A stretch of DNA of 63,947 nucleotides, the filler included, from Sandaracinaceae bacterium (GTDB lineage: Bacteria > Myxococcota_A > Polyangia > Polyangiales > JADJQN01), in assembly GCA_947483975.1 (NCBI GenBank). It is 3 parts of 3 records of this genome, joined end to end, with 100 filler letters (N's around TTAATTAATTAA, not from the genome) between each part and the next. Parts side by side here need not be neighbours in the genome. Positions count along the whole stretch, not along the records: positions 1 to 24,334 come from CANKOL010000035.1; 2 more parts are not named here. One strand, written 5' to 3'. The position numbers and the translations under genes are program-made. Below the pieces are notes generated by a model that made no database searches, was not told where the DNA came from, and was given only the letters and a program-made list of their open reading frames with translations. Of the stretch, positions 1 to 9,773 are shown piece by piece (the stretch's first letter is position 1; each line of letters opens with the position of its first letter).

Positions 1-506
1 CACGGCGGCTCGCAGCGCCCCGCCCAGAGCCCGCGCCGCGCGAGGCGCGCCTCGTCCTCTGCGGGGACGTAGTCGGCTCCGTATTCGCGGTACGCGAACG
101 CCAAGCCCGAGCGCACGAGCCACGCGCCGAGGTCCTCGCGGCCCATGAAGCACTTGGCCACCGTGCGCCCGTGCACGTCGCTGCCGCCGGGCTCGCAGCG
201 CAGCTCTTGTCCCGCGATCTTCGCCGTGAGCGCGAGGCGCGCGTCCTCGCCCGCGAGCCGCAGCTGACCATGCGCGTCGGTGCAGGACTGCGAGCGCTCC
301 GGCGCGTCGACGGCGCTCATGCGGATGCGCACGCCGGAGACGACGAGGGTGTCGCCGTCGACGACGCGCGCGACGCCGCGGATCGTGCCCGCGGGGGCCG
401 GCTGCGCGCACGCCGACTGCGCGACGAAGAGCGCGAGCAGCGCAGAGGCGAGCGCGCTCACGCCGAGGAGCCGCGCGACCTGCGGGCCGCGGGTGAGCCG
501 GGTCAT
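1..506 (-). CDS. Secreted thermonuclease (SNase-like) family protein, 3' end truncated by window edge
   Basis: Not in the ORF track; translated by hand from ATG 506: MTRLTRGPQ..signal..VVDGDTLVVSGVRIRMSAVDAPERSQSC..DVHGRTVAKC..WLVRSGLAFAYREYGADYVPAEDEARLARRGLWAG. The DGDT, DAPE, GR and GLW motifs are typical of SNase. ATGA overlap with the upstream stop. Confidence 0.9.
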   Translation of the reverse strand, partial: MTRLTRGPQVARLLGVSALASALLALFVAQSACAQPAPAGTIRGVARVVDGDTLVVSGVRIRMSAVDAPERSQSCTDAHGQLRLAGEDARLALTAKIAGQELRCEPGGSDVHGRTVAKCFMGREDLGAWLVRSGLAFAYREYGADYVPAEDEARLARRGLWAGRCEPP

Positions 507-1822
507 AGGCCGCGCGGCGCGCAGCCCGTTCCGTCGAACGCGGGCACGACGAAGCGCAGCCGCTGCACGCCGAGCTCGCTGGTCGCGTCCCCGCGGAAGT
601 GCACGTCGAGCAGCACCTCCTGCGGCGTCGCGCGCTGCGGGACGAGGTCGGTGTGCACGTCCACGCGGAAGATCACGCGGGTCGCGCCGCGCACCCCGAG
701 AAAGCGCGCGTTCGCCACGTCGATGCCGTCGATGCCGCTCGCCGGCACTGCGCGCAGCGGGATGACGTCCTTGACGAGCGCGACCGAGTCGATGCCGTCC
801 ATCGGCGTCGGGTCGCTGAAGACGACGTCGACGTCGGTCGCGAGGCCCGCGCCCACCGTGCCGACCGCCTCGAGCACGCGCGCGACGAGGTCGGTGCCCG
901 AGCGCCCGATGCCGAAGACGAGCGGCTCACCGGCGCCGTCGACCGCGTCGGTGTCGCGGGCGAGCTGAAGCGCCGCGGGCGCGATCGAGGTGTCGCCGCC
1001 CGCCCAGAACGTGACGACGGGCATCCCGTGGGCGCGGAGCGCGGTGATCGCGTCGGTGTAGGACGCCGGCGTCGTGCCGAGCAGGCTCGGGTCGTAGGGG
1101 TCGGCGCCGCCGGGCCCGTTGTGCGAGGTGATGTCGGTGAAGATGAAGACGAGCGGCAGCACTCCCTCGCGGAAGCAGACGTGCCCGAAGGTCCCCGCGG
1201 GGCACGAGGCCGGCGGCACGTACTCCGAGAAGCCGCGGCGCCCCTCGCCCGTCGCGAGCTGATAGAGCGCCTCGACCTGCGCCTCGGGCCCATCGCTGCC
1301 GCCGTTCGCGACGAGCGTGCCGACGGCCGCCTCGAGCGTGTCGACGTCCGACGTCATCACCGTGCGCGTGCTGTACGGGGTGTCGCCGGTCGAGCCGTAC
1401 GGATCGACGGCGAAGTCGGCGAAGCTCGACACCGAGAAGCGCACGTCGGGGATCGCGTCCCGCAGCGCAGGCACGAGCACCGAGCGGATCTCGCGCTGCA
1501 GCTGGTCGATGACGCCGCTCATCGAGCCGGTGACGTCCACGACGAACGCGACGTCCGCGCCCGAGGTGCGCGCGTCGAGGGCGACCTCGACCGAGGCGAC
1601 GCCCGCGTCGACGTCGACGGGGAGCGGGATGCAGGGCGGGCCGCCGTCGAGCAAGCCCGCGTCGAGGTGTCCGAGGTCGACGCCGAGGTCGGTGCCGAGG
1701 TCGGCGCCGAGGTCGGGCGAGCCGCCGTCCGGATACTCGTCGATCAGGAGGCCGCTCTTGGCCCCGCAAGCCGACAGCAGGAACAACAGCCCCAGCGCGA
1801 GCGCATACGGTCGAGTAAGCAT
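503..1822 (-). CDS. vWA-domain lipoprotein
   Basis: Likely start MLTRPY (ATG 1822); lipobox LLSAC; D-L-G/D-A-G stalk; vWA MIDAS-like DVAFVVDVTGSM; GGSDGPE motif; FIFTD. Confidence 0.8.
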   Translation of the reverse strand: MLTRPYALALGLLFLLSACGAKSGLLIDEYPDGGSPDLGADLGTDLGVDLGHLDAGLLDGGPPCIPLPVDVDAGVASVEVALDARTSGADVAFVVDVTGSMSGVIDQLQREIRSVLVPALRDAIPDVRFSVSSFADFAVDPYGSTGDTPYSTRTVMTSDVDTLEAAVGTLVANGGSDGPEAQVEALYQLATGEGRRGFSEYVPPASCPAGTFGHVCFREGVLPLVFIFTDITSHNGPGGADPYDPSLLGTTPASYTDAITALRAHGMPVVTFWAGGDTSIAPAALQLARDTDAVDGAGEPLVFGIGRSGTDLVARVLEAVGTVGAGLATDVDVVFSDPTPMDGIDSVALVKDVIPLRAVPASGIDGIDVANARFLGVRGATRVIFRVDVHTDLVPQRATPQEVLLDVHFRGDATSELGVQRLRFVVPAFDGTGCAPRGL

Positions 1823-1945
1823 CTCGCCATCATCCCAGAGCGGTCGCGCGTTGCCCAGGGCGCGCCGAGGCTTTCCGCGTTTTGAGCCACAACGCGCGGG
1901 CGCGTCGTGATTCAATGGCCCTCGCGAATGCGAGTGAACGCTGAT

Positions 1946-2863
1946 TCAGAGCGCGAGATCGAAGCCGAAGCGCGTTCCCGCGCGGAAGATGTGCTCGGCG
2001 CTGAAGCCCTCGTGCGACGGCTGATACTCGTAGCCGCCCCAGAACACGAGCGTCGACATCAGGCTGTTGACGCGCATCCCGGCGCTGCCGTAGCCGAACG
2101 CGAAGCGGAAGCCCGGCGGCCAGAGCGGCTCGAGCCCGTCGAGGCGCGTCGAGACGGCCGCCTCGAGGTCGACGACCGTCGCGCCGTCGAGGAAGCGCAC
2201 GAGGAGCGGCACGCCGATGAGGAACTGCCCGGCGAGGACGCGATCGCCCGCCGCGGGATCGGCGCGGAACTCGGTGAGCGCGCCCAGCTCGACGCCGAGG
2301 CCGACGGTGACGCGGGGCGTGAAGCCGTACGCGGGGATGAGCTGATAGCCGAGGCCGGGGCCCGTCGTGAAGTGCCCCTCGCGGAGAAAGCCCGCGAGCC
2401 CGAGCACGATCTGCGCGATCAAGACGACGCGCCCGCTGTCCGACTCGACGCCGCGGAAGTGCGGATCCGGCGGACCGAACGACGCGCACTCGCCGGGGTT
2501 CTCCTCCCACCAGCGGAGCACGGCGCGGGCTCGCGCGACGCGCAGCCGCTTGTGCGGCAAGAGGCGCGCACCGGTGCTCGGCACGCCGCCCGCGCGCTCG
2601 ATTTCGCCATCGAGCCAGCGCGCGACGTGCGCTCGGACCTCGGGCCCCGCGCCGCACGCGCTGTCGATGGTCGTCGACGCGACCTGCTCGACCGCGAGCC
2701 GCTCGAGGCCCCAGCCGCCGCTCTCGCGCTCGCCGACCCCGCGGCGCAGATCGACGTAGAGGCCCCGCTCGGCGCGTCCCGCGGGCACCGACAGACACGC
2801 AGCCGACGCGGCGAACGGCGCGAGCAGCAGCAGGAGAGCGACGTGCGAGAGACGTTCAGACAT
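1946..2863 (-). CDS. Hypothetical exported protein with beta-strand-rich C-terminus (possible outer-membrane protein)
   Basis: Start MSERLSHVALLLLLAPF (ATG 2863) with hydrophobic signal; C-terminal alternating strands ending GTRFGFDLAL; high-GC3 frame. Confidence 0.6.
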   Translation of the reverse strand: MSERLSHVALLLLLAPFAASAACLSVPAGRAERGLYVDLRRGVGERESGGWGLERLAVEQVASTTIDSACGAGPEVRAHVARWLDGEIERAGGVPSTGARLLPHKRLRVARARAVLRWWEENPGECASFGPPDPHFRGVESDSGRVVLIAQIVLGLAGFLREGHFTTGPGLGYQLIPAYGFTPRVTVGLGVELGALTEFRADPAAGDRVLAGQFLIGVPLLVRFLDGATVVDLEAAVSTRLDGLEPLWPPGFRFAFGYGSAGMRVNSLMSTLVFWGGYEYQPSHEGFSAEHIFRAGTRFGFDLAL

Positions 2864-2878
2864 CGGGCAGAGCCCATC

Positions 2879-4168
2879 GTGCATGGGGCGCGCCTCGGCA
2901 CGCGAGGGAAATCGTGGGCGCTCGTCCGCCTCGCCGCGGCGCTCGGCTGCGCGCTCGGTGTCGCGCTCGCGGCGCCTCGCACGGCGTCCGCGAGCCCGCC
3001 CGATCTCTTCGGCTTCGGGAGCCGCTCGCCCGCGATGGCGGGCACCGGCGTCGCGTACGCGGACGACTACGAGTCGACCTTCGTCAACCCAGCCGGGCTC
3101 GCGCGCGTGCGGCAGCGCAGCCTCACCTTCGGCTTGCAGGGCGGCGCGTTCCGCTTCGAGCTCGACGGCGAGCGCCTGCCGATGTCGCCGGTGAAGGCGA
3201 ACACGATCGGCGGCACGATCCCGCTGCCGTTCGGCGGGCTGATGCAGGATCGCCTGACGCTCGGGCTCGGCTTCTACACGCCGCTCGACGTCGTGCTCGT
3301 CGGCGACCTCAGCTACGCAGACGTGCCGCGCGCCATCGTGCTCGACCGCGCGCAGTCGCTCGCCATTCAGTTCGGGCTCGGGGTCGATCTGCACGGCGTC
3401 GTCGACGGGCTGCGCCTCGGCGCGTCGCTGACCGCGCTCGGCTCGTTCGCGGGCTCGATCGTCGCGGGCATCGACGCGACCGGCAAGTTCGGCTCGGTCG
3501 TCGAGACGCAGGTCGTGTCGAGCTTCGCGCCCATCGTCGGCGCGACCTACGACGTCGGCGACTTCTCCTTCGGCGCGGTGTGGCGCGGCAAGATCGAGTC
3601 GGACTTCGTCTTTCACATCGTCACGCGCGACCTGCCGCTGACGGTCCCCGTGCTCAACATCGGCGGCATCGCGCAGTACGACCCGCACACCTTCGTGCTC
3701 GAGGCGGCGTGGCGCCCGACGCCCGCGCTGCTCGTCGCCGCGGGCGCGTCGTACGCGCTCTGGAGCGACTATCCCGGGCCGCTCGTCACGACGAGCCGCG
3801 GCTCCCCGCCGCCGCCCGCCGTGAATTTCTCGGACACGCTGAGCCCGCGCCTCGCCGCCGAGTACACGCTGCGGCGCCGGCACGAGGCGCTCAAGCTGCG
3901 CGTCGGCTACGCGTACATCCCTAGCCCCGCGCCGCCCGCGCGCGCAGAGGCGCGCTACCTCGACAACGACCGGCACCTGCTGACCGCGGGCGCGGGCTTC
4001 GAGCTCTCGATCGGCAGCCACGGCGAGCGGCTCTCGCTCGACGGCTACGTCAGCGCGAGCGTGCTGCCCTCGCGCACGCACGACGCGCCCGCGCCCGGGC
4101 AGACGGCCAACATGGAAACGAGCGGCTTCATCGGCATCGGTGGCTGGTCCCTGGGGGTCGCATGGTGA
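2879..4168 (+). CDS. FadL/OmpP1-family outer-membrane hydrophobic-compound transporter (copy 1)
   Basis: Signal peptide, then FGFGSRSPAMAGTGVAYADDYESTFVNPAGLA (FadL hatch with NPA motif); LRVGYAY..SP and C-terminal W. GTG 2879 start is approximate. Confidence 0.8.
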   Translation: MHGARLGTRGKSWALVRLAAALGCALGVALAAPRTASASPPDLFGFGSRSPAMAGTGVAYADDYESTFVNPAGLARVRQRSLTFGLQGGAFRFELDGERLPMSPVKANTIGGTIPLPFGGLMQDRLTLGLGFYTPLDVVLVGDLSYADVPRAIVLDRAQSLAIQFGLGVDLHGVVDGLRLGASLTALGSFAGSIVAGIDATGKFGSVVETQVVSSFAPIVGATYDVGDFSFGAVWRGKIESDFVFHIVTRDLPLTVPVLNIGGIAQYDPHTFVLEAAWRPTPALLVAAGASYALWSDYPGPLVTTSRGSPPPPAVNFSDTLSPRLAAEYTLRRRHEALKLRVGYAYIPSPAPPARAEARYLDNDRHLLTAGAGFELSIGSHGERLSLDGYVSASVLPSRTHDAPAPGQTANMETSGFIGIGGWSLGVAW

Positions 4169-5568
4169 GTCACACGAGCCTCGGCGCGGCGACGCGCGCG
4201 CTGCGCGCGCAGCCCACGAAGAAGCCGCTCTCTGCGCTGCTCCCGGCGCTCGTCGCGCTCTTCGCGCTCGCGCCGCGCGCGCACGCGAATCCGCCCGACA
4301 CCTTCGGCCTCGGCGCGCGCAGCACCGCCCTCGCGGGCGCCGTCACGGCCGACGTCGAGGACTTCTCCGCCGGCTACTACAACCCCGCCGGGCTCGCGCG
4401 CAGCGGACGCCTGCGCCTCGAGTTCGGCTACCTCTACGCGCACCCCGAGCTTCGCCTCGGCGGGCGCGACAACCAGGTGGACGACGTCCGCGGCGTCGTC
4501 GCGGGGCTGGTCGTCCCGGCGACGATCGCGGGCACGACGTTCGCGTTCGGCCTCACGCTGCACCTCCCCGACGAGCGCATCTCGCGCACGCGCTCGCTGC
4601 CGCTGACGCAGGCCCGCTGGGAGATGTACGACAACCGGCCGCACCGGATCTTCCTCGGCGTGAACCTCGCGTGGAAGCCCGTGCCCTGGCTCGCGATCGG
4701 CGGCGGGATCGCGTTCATGTCGACGAGCGAGACCAAGCTCGAGGTCGTCGGCGAGATCCCCGCGATCGGCGCGACGACGCGCTCGCGCCTCCACCATCAG
4801 CTGCGCACGGACCTGCTGAGCGTGCGCTACCCGCAGGCCGGCGTGCAGGTGATCGCGAGCGACTCGCTCAGCTTCGGGCTCACCTATCGCGGCGAATTTC
4901 AGCTCGGGCTCAAGCTCGACGCGGGCGTGACGGCGGACATCACGCTCGGCGAAGACGCGATCCCCGTGTACTTCCAGATCCTGACGGCGAGCATCAACGC
5001 GTTCCTCCCGCAGCAGGTCTCGCTCGGCGCCTCGTGGAAGCCGCTGCGCACGCTGCGGATCGGGGTCGACGTCACCTGGGTCGATTGGTCGGCCTACAGA
5101 GCGCCCGTCGGCACGACCGACGTCGTGCTCGATCTGCTCGTGCCGCCCGCGTTCTCGATGTTCGTGACGCAGCCCGGACCGATCAGCGGCTCGCGCCCGG
5201 TGCCCGCGAATTTCAGCGATCGCTTCGTGCCGCGCGTCGGCGTCGAGTGGCTCGCGGCCGAGACCGCGCACGCCGATGTGCGGCTGCGCGCGGGCTACTT
5301 CTACGAGCTGACGCCGGTGCCGATGCAGAGCGGGCTCAGCAACTTCGTCGACACGGACCGGCACGCGTTCTCGGCGGGCGCGGGCGTCGCGCTCCACGAC
5401 CTCGGCGCGGGGCTGCCGGGCGACCTGCTCTTCGACGCCTACTTTCAGGGTAGCTACTTGGTGCCGCGCATGATGACGAAGGCCTCGCTGCTCGACCCGA
5501 CTGGCAGCTACCTCGCCGAGGGCGCCATCTGGGCCGCCGGCGCGACGACGGGAGTGACGTTCGAATGA
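4162..5568 (+). CDS. FadL/OmpP1-family outer-membrane transporter (copy 2)
   Basis: FGLGARSTALAGAVTADVEDFSAGYYNPAGLA; LRAGYFYELTPVP; DTDRH; overlaps the stop of copy 1. Confidence 0.82.
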   Translation: MVSHTSLGAATRALRAQPTKKPLSALLPALVALFALAPRAHANPPDTFGLGARSTALAGAVTADVEDFSAGYYNPAGLARSGRLRLEFGYLYAHPELRLGGRDNQVDDVRGVVAGLVVPATIAGTTFAFGLTLHLPDERISRTRSLPLTQARWEMYDNRPHRIFLGVNLAWKPVPWLAIGGGIAFMSTSETKLEVVGEIPAIGATTRSRLHHQLRTDLLSVRYPQAGVQVIASDSLSFGLTYRGEFQLGLKLDAGVTADITLGEDAIPVYFQILTASINAFLPQQVSLGASWKPLRTLRIGVDVTWVDWSAYRAPVGTTDVVLDLLVPPAFSMFVTQPGPISGSRPVPANFSDRFVPRVGVEWLAAETAHADVRLRAGYFYELTPVPMQSGLSNFVDTDRHAFSAGAGVALHDLGAGLPGDLLFDAYFQGSYLVPRMMTKASLLDPTGSYLAEGAIWAAGATTGVTFE

Positions 5569-6782
5569 CCCCGACGAAGAACGTGAGCGAGGCGCAGGTC
5601 GGCCTGCGGTGGCTCTGTGGTCTCGGCGCGCTCGGCGTGCTCGCGGCGGCGCTCGCGCTCGGCGTGCCGGCGTGCGGCACCGGCGGCGAAGAGAGCAAGG
5701 GCGGGATGTACGGCTTGCCCGCCGCGGGCCTCGGGCCGTTCCGCCGGCTCGACGCCGAGGAGATCTCCGGCAGGCTCGCGGTCCGGAGCGTCGGCCTCGT
5801 CGAGAGCGGCATGGTCCTGCGCGGCGCGGGGCCGCAGCAGTGGCTCTTCTACGCCGCCGCCGAGCTCCCGCCCGCGCCGCCTCCTCCCGATGCAGGCGCA
5901 GACCCCGACGCGGCGGTCGACGGCGACGCGGGAATGGACGGCGATGCAGGCATGGACCGCGATGCAGGCATGGACGTCGACGCGGGAACCTCTCCAGATG
6001 CTGGAATAGTGGGCGACGCTGGAGTAGACGCCGGCGCGCCCGAGCCGAACCTCGACGAGTTTTTGCCGCGCCGAATCCTGCGCTCGAACGCGGCCGACGG
6101 GCCCTCGTACTCGGGCGCCTTCGTCGTCCTCGAGGCGAGCGAGGCGTGGGAGGGCGACGCGGTCTACGACCCCTGGGTCATCGCGCTCGCGGACGGCCGA
6201 GTGCGGCTCTACTACGCGGCCGCGGGCGGCATCGGCATCGCAGAGGCCGACTCCGCGACGGGCACGTTCGTGCGCGTCGGGGCCGCTCCGGTGCTGCCGG
6301 GCTTGCGCCGACCGACGCTCGCGCAGCGCCCCGACGGCGCCCCGGGCTACTTCCTCTACGCGGAGGACAGCGGCACGATCGTCGTCGCGCGCTCGACCGA
6401 TGGGCTCACGTTCGACGCGCCCGCGCCCGTCGACCTCGGCTTCCCCGCGCCCGACGGCGGCTCTGCGCAGGTGGCCGTCGGCAGCCCGGGCGCGGGGCTG
6501 CAGCACCCGCAGGTCGATCCCGCGCGCATCGTGCTCTTCTTCGAGTCGCGGCGCGCCGACGGGAGCCGCACGCTCGGCATGGCGGCGTCGCGCGACGGGC
6601 TCGCCTTCGAGCGCGCGACCCTGCCGCCGATGGGCACGGCGCTCCGCGAGCGCTTCCCCGCGCCCGACCTCGTCGACGCGCACACGACGCTCCTCTACTA
6701 CACCTTCGGCAACGTGCTCCGAGAGCACGCCTCGCGCGCGCTGACGGTGTCGGTCAGCCCCGGCACGCTGCGCTTCGACTGA
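5565..6782 (+). CDS. Lipoprotein with D-A-G repeat insert and probable beta-propeller (GH43/GH32-like blades)
   Basis: Lipobox VPAC; blade-like motifs WEGDAVYDPWVI..RLYYAA, ARSTDGLTF, ASRDGLAF; ATGA overlap with the FadL gene. Confidence 0.6.
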   Translation: MTPTKNVSEAQVGLRWLCGLGALGVLAAALALGVPACGTGGEESKGGMYGLPAAGLGPFRRLDAEEISGRLAVRSVGLVESGMVLRGAGPQQWLFYAAAELPPAPPPPDAGADPDAAVDGDAGMDGDAGMDRDAGMDVDAGTSPDAGIVGDAGVDAGAPEPNLDEFLPRRILRSNAADGPSYSGAFVVLEASEAWEGDAVYDPWVIALADGRVRLYYAAAGGIGIAEADSATGTFVRVGAAPVLPGLRRPTLAQRPDGAPGYFLYAEDSGTIVVARSTDGLTFDAPAPVDLGFPAPDGGSAQVAVGSPGAGLQHPQVDPARIVLFFESRRADGSRTLGMAASRDGLAFERATLPPMGTALRERFPAPDLVDAHTTLLYYTFGNVLREHASRALTVSVSPGTLRFD

Positions 6783-6812
6783 CGCGCAGAGCCCTGCTTT
6801 CATGGACGAGCG

Positions 6813-7610
6813 ATGAGCAACGACTTCGATCGAGGCAGCCACGTCGAGCCGCTCGGCGGCGGGCAATACCGCGCGCAGATCCCCGACGGCTGGCAGCAGG
6901 GCAAGGGCGCGTTCGGTGGGCTCATCCTCGCCGCGCTGCTGCGCGCGATCGAGCACGAGGAGCCCGAAAAGGAGCGCACGCTGCGGGCGCTCTCGGGCGA
7001 GATCTGCGCGCCCGTGCTGCCCGGCGAGGCGAGCATCCGCGTGGAGCTGCTGCGGCGGGGCGCGGCGGTGAGCTACTTCGACGCGCGCCTCTTGCAGCGC
7101 GGCGAGGTGCAGGCGCGCGTGAGCGCGATCCTCGGCGCGGCGCGGCCCTTCGAGCTGCGCGTACCTCCGCGGGTCGCGCCGGACCAGCGACCCTGGAGCG
7201 CGCTGCAGGTGCTCCCGATCGGGCCGCCGTTCGGGCCCGTCTTCGCGCAGCACTACGAGTACCGCCCTGCGGGCGCGCTGCCGCTGAGCGGCGGCAACGA
7301 GGCGACCGCGTGCGGCTGGCTGCGAGAGAAGAGCGCGCGTGAACGCTTCGATGCGCCGTCGATCCTCGGCCACCTCGACGCGTGGTGGCCCGCGGTCTAC
7401 GGCGTCGAGACGGTGCCGCGCCCGTGCGCGACCGTCAGCTTCACGGCCGAGATCGTCACCGACCTCGCGCTGCTACCGAGCCGGCAGCCGCTCTTTCACA
7501 CGGGGCGCGTCGAGGCGCTGCACGCGGGGTACTTCCTCGAGGTGCGCGAGCTCTGGAGCGGTCCGACGCTCGTCGCGCTCAATCAGCAGACGATGGCCGT
7601 CCTCGGCTAG
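6813..7610 (+). CDS. Acyl-CoA thioesterase, double hot-dog (TesB-like) family
   Basis: WQQGKGAFGG N-terminal motif, LRRG, LDAWWP and C-terminal ELW..LVALNQQ pattern. Confidence 0.85.
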   Translation: MSNDFDRGSHVEPLGGGQYRAQIPDGWQQGKGAFGGLILAALLRAIEHEEPEKERTLRALSGEICAPVLPGEASIRVELLRRGAAVSYFDARLLQRGEVQARVSAILGAARPFELRVPPRVAPDQRPWSALQVLPIGPPFGPVFAQHYEYRPAGALPLSGGNEATACGWLREKSARERFDAPSILGHLDAWWPAVYGVETVPRPCATVSFTAEIVTDLALLPSRQPLFHTGRVEALHAGYFLEVRELWSGPTLVALNQQTMAVLG

Positions 7611-7630
7611 CGTCGCCGCAGAGCGTGAAC

Positions 7631-8428
7631 GTGAGTAAGCTGCCGCCCGTGCCGAGCGATTGGATCCTGATGCGTGGGCTCGTGCGCGAGCAGCGGCACT
7701 GGGGGGAGTTCCCCGGCGTCTTGGCGCGCGCGCTCGGCGTCCGAGTGCACACCATCGACCTCCCGGGCGCGGGCACGCAGCACCGCGAGACCTGCCCCGC
7801 GTCGGTGCGCGCGATGGCGGAGGACGTCCGCGCGCGCTGGCTCACGCTGCGCGCGGACGTCGAGCGAACGCACGGCGACGCGCGCTGGGGGCTGCTCGGA
7901 GTGTCCCTCGGCGGCATGGTCTCGATGGCGTGGGCGGCCGCGCACCCCGGCGACTTCACGCGCGTCGTGCTCGCCAACACGAGCGCGTCGAACGCGGGCA
8001 AGCCGTGGGACCGCATGAAGCCGGGCGCGCTCCTCGGCGTCGCGCGCGGCTTCTTCACGCGCGACCTCGTCGAGCGAGAGCGCATCGTGCTCGACGCGAC
8101 GGTGCGGCTGCTGCCCGCGGCGGAGCGCGACGTGCTCGCGCGGCGCTGGGCGGGCTACGCAGCCGAGGCGCCCGTCGCGCGCGCGACGCTCGCGCGGCAA
8201 CTCTTCGCCGCCTCGACGTTCCGCGCCCCTGAGCGCCTCGGCGCACCGACGCTCGTGCTCATCGGTGGGCACGATCCGCTCGCCGCGCCCGCCTGTGGAC
8301 GCGCGCTCGCCAAGCGCTTCGACGCGCAGCTCGCGCTCCATCCGACCGCCGGCCACGACATCGGCACGGACGCCCCCGACTGGGTCGCCGAGCAGGTGCG
8401 CGCGTGGCTCGAGACGAGCGCGGCGTGA
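7631..8428 (+). CDS. Alpha/beta hydrolase (lipase/esterase-like)
   Basis: LMRGLVREQRHWG, DLPGAG, nucleophile elbow GVSLGG, acid D (GGHDPL), His (AGHD). Confidence 0.85.
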   Translation: MSKLPPVPSDWILMRGLVREQRHWGEFPGVLARALGVRVHTIDLPGAGTQHRETCPASVRAMAEDVRARWLTLRADVERTHGDARWGLLGVSLGGMVSMAWAAAHPGDFTRVVLANTSASNAGKPWDRMKPGALLGVARGFFTRDLVERERIVLDATVRLLPAAERDVLARRWAGYAAEAPVARATLARQLFAASTFRAPERLGAPTLVLIGGHDPLAAPACGRALAKRFDAQLALHPTAGHDIGTDAPDWVAEQVRAWLETSAA

Positions 8429-9198
8429 GCGACGACCCCGACGTCGAGGCGACGGAACGAGCCGTGGCGCAACTGCCCCAAGAGAAGGCCGCGTGGGCTG
8501 TGCGCGGCGTGTTCGTGGCGCTCTTCCTCGCGGCGCCAGCGCTCGCGATGCGCGTCCCCGCGGTGCAACAGGTCGTGGCGTCCCTCGCGCACGGCCTGCG
8601 CGACGGCGGTCCGCGCGGCATCGCGATCTACTGGACGGTGTGCGCGCTCGCGGGCGGGCTGGCCGCGCCGATCGTCATCTTCGCTGGCATCGCGGGCTTC
8701 GCGTTCGGACCTTTCGGCGGCATCGCCGTGGCGTTGCCCGGCGTCGCGCTGCACTCGTGCGCTGCGTTCCTGCTCGGGCGCACATTCCTCCGCGGGCGCG
8801 TCGAACAGAAGCTCGCGGGCAACGCGCGCTGGGCCGGCATCGACGGGGCGCTGCGCGCCGAGGGCTTCCGTATTGCCGTACTTCTCCGGCTTACGCCGGT
8901 TCTCCCGCAAAACCTGCTGAGCTACGCGCTCAGCGCGAGCGCGCTGTCGTTCCCGCGGTACGCCTTGGCGACGATACTCGGCCTCGCCCCGATGGTGATG
9001 GTGCAGGCGACCCTCGGCAGCCTCGTGCAGAACGCCGCGCAGCTCCTCAGCGGCGAAGAGGACTCGACGCGCGGGCTGGTCATGCTCGCCGTCAGCGCCG
9101 TCGTGTCGCTGCTCGCGCTCTACGCCGTCACGCGGGTCGCCTCGCGCGCGCTGGGTCGCGCGATGGAGCGACACAACGCCTCGAAGGACGAGCGCTGA
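8425..9198 (+). CDS. TVP38/TMEM64 (DedA/VTT domain) membrane protein
   Basis: Several TM helices; AGFAFGPFGG, AFLLGR, LLRLTPVLP..LLSYA; GTGA overlap with the hydrolase gene. Confidence 0.85.
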   Translation: MSDDPDVEATERAVAQLPQEKAAWAVRGVFVALFLAAPALAMRVPAVQQVVASLAHGLRDGGPRGIAIYWTVCALAGGLAAPIVIFAGIAGFAFGPFGGIAVALPGVALHSCAAFLLGRTFLRGRVEQKLAGNARWAGIDGALRAEGFRIAVLLRLTPVLPQNLLSYALSASALSFPRYALATILGLAPMVMVQATLGSLVQNAAQLLSGEEDSTRGLVMLAVSAVVSLLALYAVTRVASRALGRAMERHNASKDER

Positions 9199-9717
9199 TC
9201 AGCCGAGCAAGCGCGCGAGCTGCGCGTCGAAGCGCTCGCAGAGGAGCGCGAGGCTGCGCTCGTCGTTGAGCCGATGCCCCGCGTCGAGCAGCGTGAGCTC
9301 CGCGCGCTCAGCCTGCGCGAAGCGGAGCGCGCGCTCCACCGGCACGACCTCGTCGCCCCAGCCGTGCACGACGACGAGGTCGCGCGGCAGCTCGCCGAAC
9401 ACGCGCTCCTCGAGCCCGGGCGCGTCGAGCAGCACGGCGGGCGCCATGAGAAAGAGCGCGACCGGTCGCAGCTGCCGACACGCGACGAGCGACACATACG
9501 CGCCCATGCTCGAGCCGACGAGCACGAACGGCCCAGCGAGCGTGCGTGCGTGCGCGACGAGCCGCGCGACGCGGTCGAGGGGCGTCTTGTCGGCGCGGTA
9601 GTCGAGCGAGTCCACGCCCACGCCGCGGGCGCGCGCGACGGCCGAGAGGCGATCGATCTTCGTGCCGGTCGGACCGGACTCTTGGCCGTGCGAGCAGACG
9701 ACGTGGAGGGTTGCCAT
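9199..9717 (-). CDS. Small alpha/beta hydrolase (YqiA-like esterase)
   Basis: SHGQESGPTGTK, GSSMGAY, VHGWGDEVVP, AGHRL. Confidence 0.85.
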   Translation of the reverse strand: MATLHVVCSHGQESGPTGTKIDRLSAVARARGVGVDSLDYRADKTPLDRVARLVAHARTLAGPFVLVGSSMGAYVSLVACRQLRPVALFLMAPAVLLDAPGLEERVFGELPRDLVVVHGWGDEVVPVERALRFAQAERAELTLLDAGHRLNDERSLALLCERFDAQLARLLG

Positions 9718-9773
9718 GGGCGCGCACGATAGCGCGAAGCGCACGCCGGCCGCTGGCTGCTATCGTCTGCCGC

